From the IMG/VR virus record IMGVR_UViG_3300038443_002533, positions 192,001 through 256,000 of that record: a stretch of 64,000 nt of DNA; one strand, written 5' to 3'. The notes under the pieces were generated by a model. The model worked only from the letters and a program-made list of their open reading frames with translations. It ran no database searches and was not told the DNA's origin. Numbering within the stretch: the first letter of the stretch is position 1; each line of letters opens with the position of its first letter. Made by a program: the position numbers and the translations under genes. Positions 40,273 through 49,234 of the stretch are shown in pieces. This DNA comes from a virus. Lineage: Duplodnaviria; Caudoviricetes.

Positions 40273-40818
40273 ATGCGCGTCATCGGACATGTCCTGCGTA
40301 AGATCGACAACGATAAACAACTCATGCAGCAAATTGCCCAGTCGCCTGCTGTGGCGGAATTGGTCAGCAATTACAATGCATTGGCCGTGGTGGCCCAGGC
40401 TGCCGAAGACGAGCATCTCCAAATGGTGACCGGTGAAACGTATGGGCAGGAGTTTAAATACTACCTGACCCATATCCCCTCGATCGATCTGCACCGGTTA
40501 CTCGATCGATATTTATCCCACTTCGCCCAATCCGACAAAGGCAACGCCACCCGTGAGCGCAACCAAGTCGAGAGTGAAGAAGGGGAAGGCTGTGGCGATG
40601 GTCACGACCATTACGAAACCGATACCGAAAAAGAAAACCGTCGCCAAAACAATTTCCTATTCAAGTGCCTGATGGCCAGTATCATGGTGACGTTCTTTGT
40701 GATCCTGGGTGCGGTGGTGGCAATCCTCACCCACAACCACACGGCCGATAACGCGGTGTTCAAAGCGATCATGGGCACGGCTACCGAAGTCATCAAAATC
40801 ATCTTTTCAACCAAATAA
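40273..40818 (+). CDS. membrane protein, possible holin
   Basis: Soluble N-terminus and two C-terminal hydrophobic segments; adjacent to the spanin pair. Confidence 0.5.
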   Translation: MRVIGHVLRKIDNDKQLMQQIAQSPAVAELVSNYNALAVVAQAAEDEHLQMVTGETYGQEFKYYLTHIPSIDLHRLLDRYLSHFAQSDKGNATRERNQVESEEGEGCGDGHDHYETDTEKENRRQNNFLFKCLMASIMVTFFVILGAVVAILTHNHTADNAVFKAIMGTATEVIKIIFSTK

Positions 40819-40823
40819 CTATC

Positions 40824-41516
40824 ATGCGACGTTTTCGTTCCCAAGCATTTAGCCAACTGTCCACTGAAGCGGAAGATGTCAGTGGTGTCATGAAGGCTGA
40901 GATCGAGCACATGTTCTACGCCCGCGTGGAATCCCCTGAAACGCTTTTAAACGCGATGTGCTGCGAAATCCAACAACAGTGGGGGTTGTGGCAAGACAAG
41001 ACGGAAAAGAACGTTGGGTGCGGTTCTAATCGCGTCCGGAAGGTGATTAACAAACCGATCCATAACGGCCACTTCGATACGATCAATGTCACCGAGCAAA
41101 TCGTCTTGACCACCAAGCTTAAGCGTTCGGACGGCACGTCACTCGAAGTCTCGGTAGAAAGCACCGAACACCAACTGCGGGCCTTCCAAGTCATGGCTGA
41201 ATCGGGCATGATCAAGCACCGCTATCGGTTCCCGATTCCCGGCACGGCATTGAACTGGGAAGTCGACATGTTTGTCGAACCCGGACAATCGATGTACTCC
41301 ACCAAGTACATCCAGTGGGCCAAGATCGATATCGAAGTCCCGTCGATGGATTACCCGATCCCCGATCTCCCGAGTGGCTTTCTGGACGCGTTCAATTCCA
41401 AGGTAGAGAACCCCACGCCAGAGCAACAGTCCATCATCGATCAGATGAAGGATTTCTTGAGTCTGCCGAATCCCTACCTGGTCGAGACTTATCCCGACGT
41501 CATCAAGAAAGATTAA
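40824..41516 (+). CDS. CYTH-domain (triphosphate tunnel) protein
   Basis: EIEHMFY, RVR, LTTK, KHRY.F, WEVD.F, IDIE motifs. Confidence 0.7.
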   Translation: MRRFRSQAFSQLSTEAEDVSGVMKAEIEHMFYARVESPETLLNAMCCEIQQQWGLWQDKTEKNVGCGSNRVRKVINKPIHNGHFDTINVTEQIVLTTKLKRSDGTSLEVSVESTEHQLRAFQVMAESGMIKHRYRFPIPGTALNWEVDMFVEPGQSMYSTKYIQWAKIDIEVPSMDYPIPDLPSGFLDAFNSKVENPTPEQQSIIDQMKDFLSLPNPYLVETYPDVIKKD

Positions 41517-41522
41517 TACGAT

Positions 41523-41555
41523 CCCTCCTAGCCTCACGGGCTAGGAGGGCGTATG
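41523..41555. terminator. hairpin-TATG element
   Basis: CCCTCCTAGCC-TCACG-GGCTAGGAGGG-CGTATG. Confidence 0.7.
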
Positions 41556-41865
41556 TTGTCGAGTGTTTATGCTTCTATTAGTTTTTTACGGTTGAGTTAG
41601 CATACTGTGCAAACTTGGCGTTTGCAGGTTCGACGGTAGCGATCTCACTTATTTGATCGCTTGCGTTGTGGGGACATATCAGAGCCCCACCTAACCCTAT
41701 CCCCCTATGCCCTCCGGTGCATGTGTGCAGATGTCTCTACCTATCTTTAGATCTAAGCTTTGGGGGTTTGGGGGCGACCGGACAGGGAGCCCCTTATAAA
41801 AGAGAATTGATAGAACACTAAGCCAGCCTAACAGGGCTGGCGTTATGACGACAAAACCATGTGGA

Positions 41866-41892
41866 GCTAGAAATTTTCAAAACCATATAACT
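41866..41892 (+). promoter_or_regulatory. putative early promoter variant
   Basis: GCTAGA-aa-TTTTCAAAAC-CATATAACT, with the same 18-nt spacing as 1833 and 26533; heads the second accessory block. Confidence 0.55.
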
Positions 41893-41943
41893 AGCGTGAA
41901 CTGGAATTGGAATGTTCCTATAACCAACAATAAAGGAAAGACC

Positions 41944-42117
41944 ATGTGCAACGAACAACAAGTTAACCAGGCTGTAACGGTCGAATCTACTCCGGCGATG
42001 ACGTACCAGTATCGCTGCGGTTACTGTGGCTCGACCGAGCTTCCGATTCCGTACGAGCAAATGTTTGGACCCGGTGCTATTGGCTGGGACTGCTGCCCGG
42101 ATTGTGGTGGCGTTTAA
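41944..42117 (+). CDS. small zinc-ribbon protein
   Basis: CGYCGS...CPDCGG; A/C leader plus AAAGGA. Confidence 0.65.
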   Translation: MCNEQQVNQAVTVESTPAMTYQYRCGYCGSTELPIPYEQMFGPGAIGWDCCPDCGGV

Positions 42118-42139
42118 TAATTAACAACAAGGGATTATC

Positions 42140-42364
42140 ATGTCGACCGCCGTTAGCAAAATTATTCATCTGTTTAACCATCTGACCGAACAACAGCAGG
42201 AAGAACTGAAAACGGATCTGCATTTGATCCAGCAAGTCAGTGCCGCCAGTGATGGTGAGACGCTTTACCAAGGGGCACCGAAGGCTCACCTTAATGATCG
42301 TAGGCGGGCGGCGCTGGCTCTGTCGCGGGTAACTGAACAACTGCTGCATAATCTTTCTCACTAA
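42140..42364 (+). CDS. hypothetical protein
   Basis: 74 aa; A/C leader. Confidence 0.6.
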   Translation: MSTAVSKIIHLFNHLTEQQQEELKTDLHLIQQVSAASDGETLYQGAPKAHLNDRRRAALALSRVTEQLLHNLSH

Positions 42365-42379
42365 TAACAAGGGGATATC

Positions 42380-42679
42380 ATGACTTATGCACAATGCACG
42401 GTATTGCAAACGCTCAATTACGACGTTGAACGGTTGGATGTAAGCGCTTCGATGTATCGGGCGTTTACCCTGTACGCGAAAGAAGAAGCGGCGAAAGCCA
42501 TTCAGCGCTTCCTGGATGCGGAGTCCCGTTATGGTGCTCACTCGCCGGTCGCTACAAAGCTGTTGGGTGAAGCGATGGAATACCAGACCGCATACATGCG
42601 GCTCAATCTTCAGTTCCAAGATAATCTGGACGAATACGAACAAGCGCTCGAAGCACGGATCGCTTACCTTTACCGCTAA
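42380..42679 (+). CDS. hypothetical protein
   Basis: 99 aa helical; A/C leader. Confidence 0.6.
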   Translation: MTYAQCTVLQTLNYDVERLDVSASMYRAFTLYAKEEAAKAIQRFLDAESRYGAHSPVATKLLGEAMEYQTAYMRLNLQFQDNLDEYEQALEARIAYLYR

Positions 42680-42692
42680 CCGAGGAGAAACC

Positions 42693-43079
42693 ATGTATCC
42701 GCGCCGTAATGAGAAGTACTCGTACGAAGCCATCAGCCAGATGGATCTGCCGGATTCCCCGCACCTGTGCTTCTGGCACGATGGGATGTGGGTGCCGATT
42801 CAGGATAGCTGTGCGACCACGGCCGATACGCTCGGCATCCCGGGCTTTGCTCAAACCGAATGGCGTTATGGTCATACCACGGATGAGCTGATTCCGATCT
42901 TTTACTACGCCAGCGAAACGCCGATCACCGAGTTCGTCACCATCGAACCGATGCTGCATCCGCTCGATGATCAGGACAAGTGGTGGGCGACCTTCATTCG
43001 CTATCCGCAACCGCAGTTCGGCAGTGAAGCCACCCAGAGTCAAGCGGGCACCATCCACGTCTATCTCGGCGGGGAATAA
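42693..43079 (+). CDS. hypothetical protein
   Basis: Start ATG 42693 (GAGGAG SD). Confidence 0.6.
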   Translation: MYPRRNEKYSYEAISQMDLPDSPHLCFWHDGMWVPIQDSCATTADTLGIPGFAQTEWRYGHTTDELIPIFYYASETPITEFVTIEPMLHPLDDQDKWWATFIRYPQPQFGSEATQSQAGTIHVYLGGE

Positions 43080-43087
43080 AACCCAGA

Positions 43088-43131
43088 GAGTAATCTCGTA
43101 ACCTGTTTGATAAGAGCAGGTTATGGGGATG
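43088..43131. repeat. hairpin repeat copy A
   Basis: GAGTAATCTCGTAACCTGTT...CAGGTTATGGGGATG; related to 43278. Confidence 0.6.
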
Positions 43132-43160
43132 CACTCTCGCATCTTACCTAAGGAGTAATC

Positions 43161-43283
43161 ATGAAACTGTATCAACGAATCGCTGCGATCATCTGTTGTT
43201 TGGTGCTGTTCGTGTATGGCGTCAGTGAGCTGTACCACACTTTCGCTGACGACGAACCGCAACAATGCGCATCGTGCGAGTAA
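43161..43283 (+). CDS. 40-aa membrane peptide
   Basis: AAGGAG SD; one TM; C-terminal CASC. Confidence 0.55.
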   Translation: MKLYQRIAAIICCLVLFVYGVSELYHTFADDEPQQCASCE

Positions 43284-43320
43284 TCTCCTAGCCTGTTCCC
43301 CGCGAACAGGTTAGAGGATG
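43278..43320. repeat. hairpin repeat copy B
   Basis: GAGTAATCTCCTAGCCTGTT...CAGGTTAGAGGATG. Confidence 0.6.
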
Positions 43321-43362
43321 GGCTTGCCATCTCTAATAACTAACAACATGAAAGGATTTACC

Positions 43363-43719
43363 ATGAATTCCGTTTTGAATGCTTTTAATACGCGTTTCGC
43401 TGACATTAACAACGTGCAGCATCGCGCACAACCCGCTACGCGGATCTTCGATATCGTGCATCACGCCGACGTCTCGGCGTTGAAGCGTGACCAAGTGCTG
43501 GCAGGTAACAGTCTGGAGCGTTATCCGTTCCTGGCGATCAATACCCTGGATGGCGCGTTTGTGATGTACAACAACGCCAATGGCGAAATCGTGTACTTCT
43601 GCCCGCCGTCGTTCGCGAATCTCGCGACAGTCAAACAGGCAGGCTTCCGTACGTTCGGTACGATCGATACGCTGGATATGTTCAACCATATCTTCGCTAT
43701 CCCGGATTCGTATCTGTGA
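43363..43719 (+). CDS. hypothetical protein
   Basis: Start ATG 43363 (AAAGGA SD). Confidence 0.6.
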   Translation: MNSVLNAFNTRFADINNVQHRAQPATRIFDIVHHADVSALKRDQVLAGNSLERYPFLAINTLDGAFVMYNNANGEIVYFCPPSFANLATVKQAGFRTFGTIDTLDMFNHIFAIPDSYL

Positions 43720-43730
43720 AAGGATCGACC

Positions 43731-43988
43731 ATGCAATCGCAAGAAATGAAATGGAACGCTGACGATTCCCTCACGTTGGCGTACTTCCTGTTCGGCGTCG
43801 CCCTGCGCGAAGTGGTGATGCTGCTGGCGTTGGGGTTCATGCTGCTGATGGTGCTGTACCATATGTTCCCGGAAGGTTGGTTCCAAGCCGTGTGCTGGGA
43901 CCTGCGGGAAGGTCGACGGGCTTACAACGACGTGTTCGGTAAGAAGCTCGCAGACAAAATCAAGATTCACATCGTTCAACTCGACTAG
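43731..43988 (+). CDS. small membrane protein
   Basis: Hydrophobic segment; AAAGGA SD. Confidence 0.55.
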   Translation: MQSQEMKWNADDSLTLAYFLFGVALREVVMLLALGFMLLMVLYHMFPEGWFQAVCWDLREGRRAYNDVFGKKLADKIKIHIVQLD

Positions 43989-43997
43989 GAGAAAGTA

Positions 43998-44354
43998 ATG
44001 AAAAAGGTTATGTTGGCCCTCCAAGACGGCATCTTCATGACGCTGGGTGTCATGTGGCGCAATCTGTGGTATGGGGTCAGTCCGCTGTGGGTGTATGCGT
44101 TTATCCCGACGTGGCTGAGTCTCGGTGGCTTGTTCCTGATGGGGCAAGTCCAGCCGCAATACCAGGACATGGTTCATCTGGCGTTGCTGAGTACCGGCCT
44201 GAGTTGGGCGGGGTGGCTCATGGCCAACGTCTTATGCGCCTCCGTCTCGCGTTACCACTACTTTCTGTGGGTGATCCACGAGTGCAAAAAATACAACGAT
44301 CGAGCGGCCCAACCTCCTGCCCCGTTGTGGCTGGAATTGCAACGCATCACGTAA
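43998..44354 (+). CDS. membrane protein
   Basis: 2-3 hydrophobic segments; AGGAG SD. Confidence 0.6.
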   Translation: MKKVMLALQDGIFMTLGVMWRNLWYGVSPLWVYAFIPTWLSLGGLFLMGQVQPQYQDMVHLALLSTGLSWAGWLMANVLCASVSRYHYFLWVIHECKKYNDRAAQPPAPLWLELQRIT

Positions 44355-44358
44355 AGGA

Positions 44359-44688
44359 GTGATCATGCGTATCTTCATGTTGTTCCTGCTGTTGCTGTTG
44401 GGTCAAGGGAGTTTCGCCGCCCAAGACCAAGCCTTCATGCTGCGCGATTATAAACATCGTGCTTACTACCCTGCCTACCAAGCCAACAACATGACGCGCC
44501 ATGCCCTCGGGGGCATGGCGTATGCCATGCGGCATTGTAAAATGGTGGACCGGTTAAGCTTCATCAAGAACGAAAAGCTCGCCTACGATTCTAACATCGC
44601 TGGCGCGTTTTATTGCGTTCAACCGCGTGGCTTACGGACTTATGCAGTGGTCAAACGTTTTAAGCGACCACACCGTAAAACACGATAA
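44359..44688 (+). CDS. putative exported protein
   Basis: Signal-peptide-like N-terminus ending SFA-A. Confidence 0.55.
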   Translation: MIMRIFMLFLLLLLGQGSFAAQDQAFMLRDYKHRAYYPAYQANNMTRHALGGMAYAMRHCKMVDRLSFIKNEKLAYDSNIAGAFYCVQPRGLRTYAVVKRFKRPHRKTR

Positions 44689-44764
44689 GTAAGAAAAATA
44701 CTGACGTATCACATTGACTGGGTAGACATACCTGGTTGGATAACTAACAACAAAGGATATTTCC

Positions 44765-46069
44765 ATGACTGCAACTCAAACCCCTTTCACCTTGCAGAAC
44801 GATTTCTCCAAACTCAAGATGACGGGTGAAGCAGCGACGTTGCCGCTTTACATCGATCTGGCAATCTTCGACCTCATGGCCGACGGCCGCAAACGTTCGA
44901 TCAATGAAGTCGTGAGCGCGCTCGCTGTGCTGGGCTACATGCGTAAGGATGTCAACCGTCGCATGGTGGTCATGCTCCACAAGAGCAAAACCTTCGTGGA
45001 AGCCGCGGGCGGTAAAGGTAAGGTGTTGTACGAAATCAAGAAGGGCGCCACTCGCCCTGACTCATTCGCCACTACCAAACCCCAACACGTCGTCAAGGAA
45101 AGCGACATCGTGCTGGAACCGCAAGCCCGTCTCATCCCCGTCACGCATCGCAAGCGTCGACACATCGATCTCCAGGAGTTCACCATGCAACCTCACACCA
45201 CCCCCTCGCAAACCCCGGCACCGCTGTTCACCACCACCGAACCGGAACCGACGCCGGTCGAATTGGCCCGCCAAGACGTGGCTGCCGAAATCGCGCGGGT
45301 TGAACTGGAAGCGACCCACGTCAACCCGAACGACCCGGTCCGTGTCGGCCTGTGGAAAGTCATGGCCGATCACGCCTGGTACAAGTCGACCGACCTCGTG
45401 ACCCTGTTGGCGGATTTCTACCCGTCCGACATCGTGCGCTATCACCTGCGTCAGATGGTCAAGACCAATATGGTGGAGGTCGATGAATCGAGCGCCCAGA
45501 CGCACAAGTACCGCCTGAACGAAGGTGTGGCGATGCCGGAAGGTTTGGAACCGTACAAACCGAAAGCCTCGACCACCCCCGCCCCGCAACCGCAACTCCC
45601 GCTCAACCAGGAACCCGAGATGAAAACCAATATCGAAATGCCGGCGAAAGCTTACCTGAAGTCCCCGCCAGCGCCGCTGGCCAGCCCGCTCGAAGAAAAG
45701 CCGATGATCGACACCAGCAGCAACCAAGCAGCGGAACCGTTCAACCAGTTCAAGAACCCGGACGAGCCGCAACAACCGGCAACCACTCTGCTGGATCTGG
45801 TTCAAGCGTCGACCAAAGACAAACCGAAGGACGTGCCGCTGGTCGAGGTCGGCGGCATCAACGTTCTGGGTCAACGCTTCTCCTACCGTGAGGCCCGCGA
45901 ACTGCTGGCTGAACTGAAGACCGAGGGTTACGGTACTGTCCATGGCGTCGTCGGCCATCGTGCCGGTAAGCACATCACGGTGCGTTGGTCGGTGACGATC
46001 GGTACGGTGCAAGTCACGCCGCACCAAGCCAACGATATCGCACTGTCGTTGATCGACGAACTGGAATAA
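44765..46069 (+). CDS. multi-domain protein with two winged-HTH-like units
   Basis: AIFDLMADGRKRSINEV and GLWKVMADHAWYKSTDL units separated by Pro/Thr-rich linkers. Confidence 0.65.
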   Translation: MTATQTPFTLQNDFSKLKMTGEAATLPLYIDLAIFDLMADGRKRSINEVVSALAVLGYMRKDVNRRMVVMLHKSKTFVEAAGGKGKVLYEIKKGATRPDSFATTKPQHVVKESDIVLEPQARLIPVTHRKRRHIDLQEFTMQPHTTPSQTPAPLFTTTEPEPTPVELARQDVAAEIARVELEATHVNPNDPVRVGLWKVMADHAWYKSTDLVTLLADFYPSDIVRYHLRQMVKTNMVEVDESSAQTHKYRLNEGVAMPEGLEPYKPKASTTPAPQPQLPLNQEPEMKTNIEMPAKAYLKSPPAPLASPLEEKPMIDTSSNQAAEPFNQFKNPDEPQQPATTLLDLVQASTKDKPKDVPLVEVGGINVLGQRFSYREARELLAELKTEGYGTVHGVVGHRAGKHITVRWSVTIGTVQVTPHQANDIALSLIDELE

Positions 46070-46183
46070 TCCCATCTATCCCTAGGCTCCCTTACGGGGG
46101 CTTAGGGTGAGAATGGTTTTGAGAGACTGCGGTTTCTCACAAACATTTTCTTGCCTATAACCAACAACACAAGGAGCTTTACC

Positions 46184-46336
46184 ATGTACCAAATCAATGA
46201 ATTCAAAAACAGCACCATCGGCCAAGCCATCGCTACCGAAGCCCGCGATCGTTCGGATCGTAAGATCACCCTCACCGTCACCGCGATCATCGCCGCACTC
46301 GTGATCGTCGCTTTCAAACACGCCATCGGCGGTTAA
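46184..46336 (+). CDS. small membrane peptide
   Basis: A/C leader, AAGGAG; one C-terminal TM. Confidence 0.6.
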   Translation: MYQINEFKNSTIGQAIATEARDRSDRKITLTVTAIIAALVIVAFKHAIGG

Positions 46337-46349
46337 TCAAGGAGACGAC

Positions 46350-46568
46350 ATGGCTACCATGGATAACGCAGAAGTCCTGCTGGCAAAAGCCCAGTTCGCG
46401 CAACGTAACATCGCTCTCGTGGCGAATAAATGGGGCGAGGATTCGGAACTGGTCGAGATGGCGAAGGAGCAGTTCGAGCATTACTTTAATCTCGCATCGG
46501 AAGCGTACAACCAAGTCTTGGGTGAAACCATGACCCGGGTGGAACAAATCCTGCAACAACTTCATTAA
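46350..46568 (+). CDS. hypothetical helical protein
   Basis: 72 aa; AAGGAG SD. Confidence 0.6.
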   Translation: MATMDNAEVLLAKAQFAQRNIALVANKWGEDSELVEMAKEQFEHYFNLASEAYNQVLGETMTRVEQILQQLH

Positions 46569-46572
46569 GAGA

Positions 46573-46604
46573 GCATAGAGACAGGGGTTCGTCCCCTGTC
46601 TCTG
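46573..46604 (+). terminator. hairpin terminator with CATA flank
   Basis: AGAGACAGGGG-TTCG-TCCCCTGTCTCT, then T-run. Confidence 0.7.
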
Positions 46605-46614
46605 GGCTTTTTTA

Positions 46615-46632
46615 TTTCACGTCTATATCACT
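46615..46632 (+). promoter_or_regulatory. putative phage early promoter
   Basis: TTTCACGTCTATATCACT identical to 26542-26559. Confidence 0.75.
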
Positions 46633-46646
46633 TAGAGGAAGGCTTT

Positions 46647-46967
46647 ATGAAGAACTCTCCAGCTAACAAAGAAGGGACGTCGTTTATCGAAACCTTCGTG
46701 ATCGATCTGGCGCGTGGGATGGTGGGTACCATGGAACTGCTCGTACAAGAATCCCGGGAACGGGAACGTGCGATTCGTGAACGCAGCCGTCGTCATGCGG
46801 TGCGTCTTATCGAACGAGCGATCCGTACCCATCGGCGTATCAGCCGTGACCGGTTGGCCAAGTATGTTCGTAACGCGCACCTGTCGATCCCAGACTTTGC
46901 CGACGAACTCCGGATTCCTCCGACCCAGCTCAAGAAAGCCTTGAAACGCTGGTACCATTTCTTTTAA
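46647..46967 (+). CDS. putative HTH protein
   Basis: C-terminal LSIPDFADELRIPPTQLKKAL HTH-like segment. Confidence 0.55.
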   Translation: MKNSPANKEGTSFIETFVIDLARGMVGTMELLVQESRERERAIRERSRRHAVRLIERAIRTHRRISRDRLAKYVRNAHLSIPDFADELRIPPTQLKKALKRWYHFF

Positions 46968-46979
46968 CAGGAGCGCATC

Positions 46980-47258
46980 ATGAATAACCAACAAAAAGCT
47001 CAAGCGCACAAACGTCAATACAAAAAGAAAGCTCGGGATAACCGAGCGATGAGTCGCGCTTTGCGGCTGTTTCCCAGTATGGGTGGCGTGTGTATCGATT
47101 TGCCGGTGACCAGTAATACCAATTGGGCTTTGACGGATTTTGGTACAACAGCCACAGACACTGGCGCCGCAGACCGCATCGTCAAGTCGATGGATGACGT
47201 GACGAACGGGCTTTTTAGTCAGCATTTTAACAAACAAAAAGAAGGTCAACATGGCTGA
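46980..47258 (+). CDS. basic hypothetical protein
   Basis: 92 aa; AGGAG SD. Confidence 0.55.
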   Translation: MNNQQKAQAHKRQYKKKARDNRAMSRALRLFPSMGGVCIDLPVTSNTNWALTDFGTTATDTGAADRIVKSMDDVTNGLFSQHFNKQKEGQHG

Positions 47259-47472
47259 ACTTTCCGCATTCGATAAGATGCGAATCAAAGTCGTCGAAGA
47301 ACGGCTCGGCGTACCGATTACGACATACACTGCCGAAGAATGGTTGAACAAAGCCATCGAATCGGAAGAGATTGCCAAAAGCGGCGATCCGCAGATCATT
47401 CCGGAATGGTGGTTCCAAGCCAGTCTGGATCAGCAGAAAGCCGCCGAGTTGGCAGAAAAGCTCGCCCAATAA
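47251..47472 (+). CDS. hypothetical protein
   Basis: 73 aa; overlaps the previous stop. Confidence 0.55.
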   Translation: MAELSAFDKMRIKVVEERLGVPITTYTAEEWLNKAIESEEIAKSGDPQIIPEWWFQASLDQQKAAELAEKLAQ

Positions 47473-47492
47473 CCAACAACAAGGATATCAAC

Positions 47493-47942
47493 ATGGCCAC
47501 TAAATCTGGCAAAGTGCAATTGAAGGACATCAAGGTCGGCAAAACGTTTTATCTGGTACATGCCGACTTTCCGATCGTGGGACCCCACATGGTCGGCACC
47601 GGGGAAGTGCAGCGGATCAAACAAATCCGTGTGACCAGTCGCCCGTTCTTCCGCCGTCTGTCCGCGACCATGGCCTTCAAGTTCGTGGACGCTACGGGTC
47701 GGGAAGACTGGCTCAATCTCGACGAGATGGTGCTGAACCATACGGCTGCGGAAATTACCCGGGAAGATGTCCCGTATTTCACGGTATGGGTCAACCATCG
47801 CGCGATGCGTCGCTTCTGGATCGAGTTCGAGCGTCGTCAGCCGACTCCTGCGGAAACGCGACGGGTCCAGCTGCGTGAGGCGGGACTGCACGCCAATCAA
47901 CGCAGCGTCGCCCAGACACCGCAATTCCAACCCAACCGATAA
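47493..47942 (+). CDS. hypothetical protein
   Basis: Start ATG 47493; A/C leader. Confidence 0.6.
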   Translation: MATKSGKVQLKDIKVGKTFYLVHADFPIVGPHMVGTGEVQRIKQIRVTSRPFFRRLSATMAFKFVDATGREDWLNLDEMVLNHTAAEITREDVPYFTVWVNHRAMRRFWIEFERRQPTPAETRRVQLREAGLHANQRSVAQTPQFQPNR

Positions 47943-47963
47943 CCAATAACAAGGGATATCACA

Positions 47964-48374
47964 ATGCGAGTTCAAATTCAACGTCAACCCAGTGGTGCGA
48001 CCCAGGTTGTAATTGGTCGCATCGCACTCGACGCTAATACGGCCAAGGTGATCCGACCAGCCCTGCTGCGCCACATCACTGAACTGTCGGCCGCGATCGA
48101 AGCTGCGGCTACCAACTCGGTAGCAGAAGGCCAGCGCGGTCGCACCATCAGGGAACGACGTCGGACGTTCCGTTTATTGGAACACTTCGATATGGTGGTC
48201 GAAGAAGTCAATTCGGTGCAAGCGTGGCTGGGTGTCCAGAGTACCCATCTCACTGACCACGACATCGAACTCTTCACAGAAGCCATGCGCTGGTTCCGTA
48301 ACCAGTGGGCGGAAAAAGACACAGACGAATACGCGGCCGCAGACCGCATCCTCCACCTCCTCGACGCGCTCTAA
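47964..48374 (+). CDS. hypothetical protein
   Basis: 136 aa; A/C leader. Confidence 0.6.
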   Translation: MRVQIQRQPSGATQVVIGRIALDANTAKVIRPALLRHITELSAAIEAAATNSVAEGQRGRTIRERRRTFRLLEHFDMVVEEVNSVQAWLGVQSTHLTDHDIELFTEAMRWFRNQWAEKDTDEYAAADRILHLLDAL

Positions 48375-48396
48375 CATAACTAACCGGGACATCACC

Positions 48397-49215
48397 ATGA
48401 AAAACTTTAATATCCGTGACATCGGCAGCTTCTCGCTCCTCTTCATCAACCTGCTGACGCAGGGTATGCGGATTCGCGATCTTCGACTCGATCAACTGGA
48501 AGACAAGTTGGTCGAGTATTACGAACCTCTGGTCAGCAACAAAGGGCACGCCAAGCATCTCGCGTATATCGCCTACAACCGTTTCTTGAACGGCAACCTC
48601 GACGTCCATCACGCTGGTGTGATCATGGAAGCCCTCAATATCCGCATCGACATCGCTATCTCGCGCCTGGAAGATGCCGCCCCGAACATCGAGGTCGGGG
48701 CACCTTACCCATCTATCTGGGATCAAAAGATCGACGCCCTGGGTCTGCAACCGCGTACGGAGAATGTTCTGCTCACGGAATCGATCCATGGTCAGCCAGC
48801 GAACGGGCTCGACTATGTGGGTCAACTCGTCAGCAAGTCCACCCTAGAGTTGCGGGAATACCCAGGACTGGGTTCCGCGGGGATACAAGACATCATCTCG
48901 CGTCTCGCGGCGGTCGGGCAGAAGCTCAACACCGATACAGGTGGCTGGAAACCCCCTGCCGCTGAATCGACGATTGATTATGAACGGTTCTCGTTACCAA
49001 TCTCGGCGCTGTCCGAACTGGTCGGGTATATCGGCGGTACGCTGAAAAACAACAGCATCGAGTTCATCGGCGATCTGGTGAGAATGAAACCCGAAGACCT
49101 GGACGCCATCCCTGGGATCGGGAAAGTCTCCCAGGAGAAAATCCTCGCCGCACTGAAGAAGCGTGGTCTGGAACTCGGGATGGATGTCGGTTATTGGAGA
49201 CCGAACAAAAAATAA
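48397..49215 (+). CDS. protein with two RNA polymerase alpha-CTD-like domains
   Basis: IDALGLQPRTENVL...YVGQLV...LREYPGLGSAGIQDI and LPISAL...NNSIEFIGDLVRMKPEDLDAIPGIGKVSQEKILAALKKRGLELGM match the alpha-CTD pattern. Confidence 0.75.
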   Translation: MKNFNIRDIGSFSLLFINLLTQGMRIRDLRLDQLEDKLVEYYEPLVSNKGHAKHLAYIAYNRFLNGNLDVHHAGVIMEALNIRIDIAISRLEDAAPNIEVGAPYPSIWDQKIDALGLQPRTENVLLTESIHGQPANGLDYVGQLVSKSTLELREYPGLGSAGIQDIISRLAAVGQKLNTDTGGWKPPAAESTIDYERFSLPISALSELVGYIGGTLKNNSIEFIGDLVRMKPEDLDAIPGIGKVSQEKILAALKKRGLELGMDVGYWRPNKK

Positions 49216-49234
49216 CTTTACTTAAGGAGTGTTT

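Noticed and set aside
41620-41645. GGTTCGAC as a tRNA T-arm
   Set aside because: No T-stem closure, acceptor stem or cloverleaf can be built; no tRNA genes were seen in the window.
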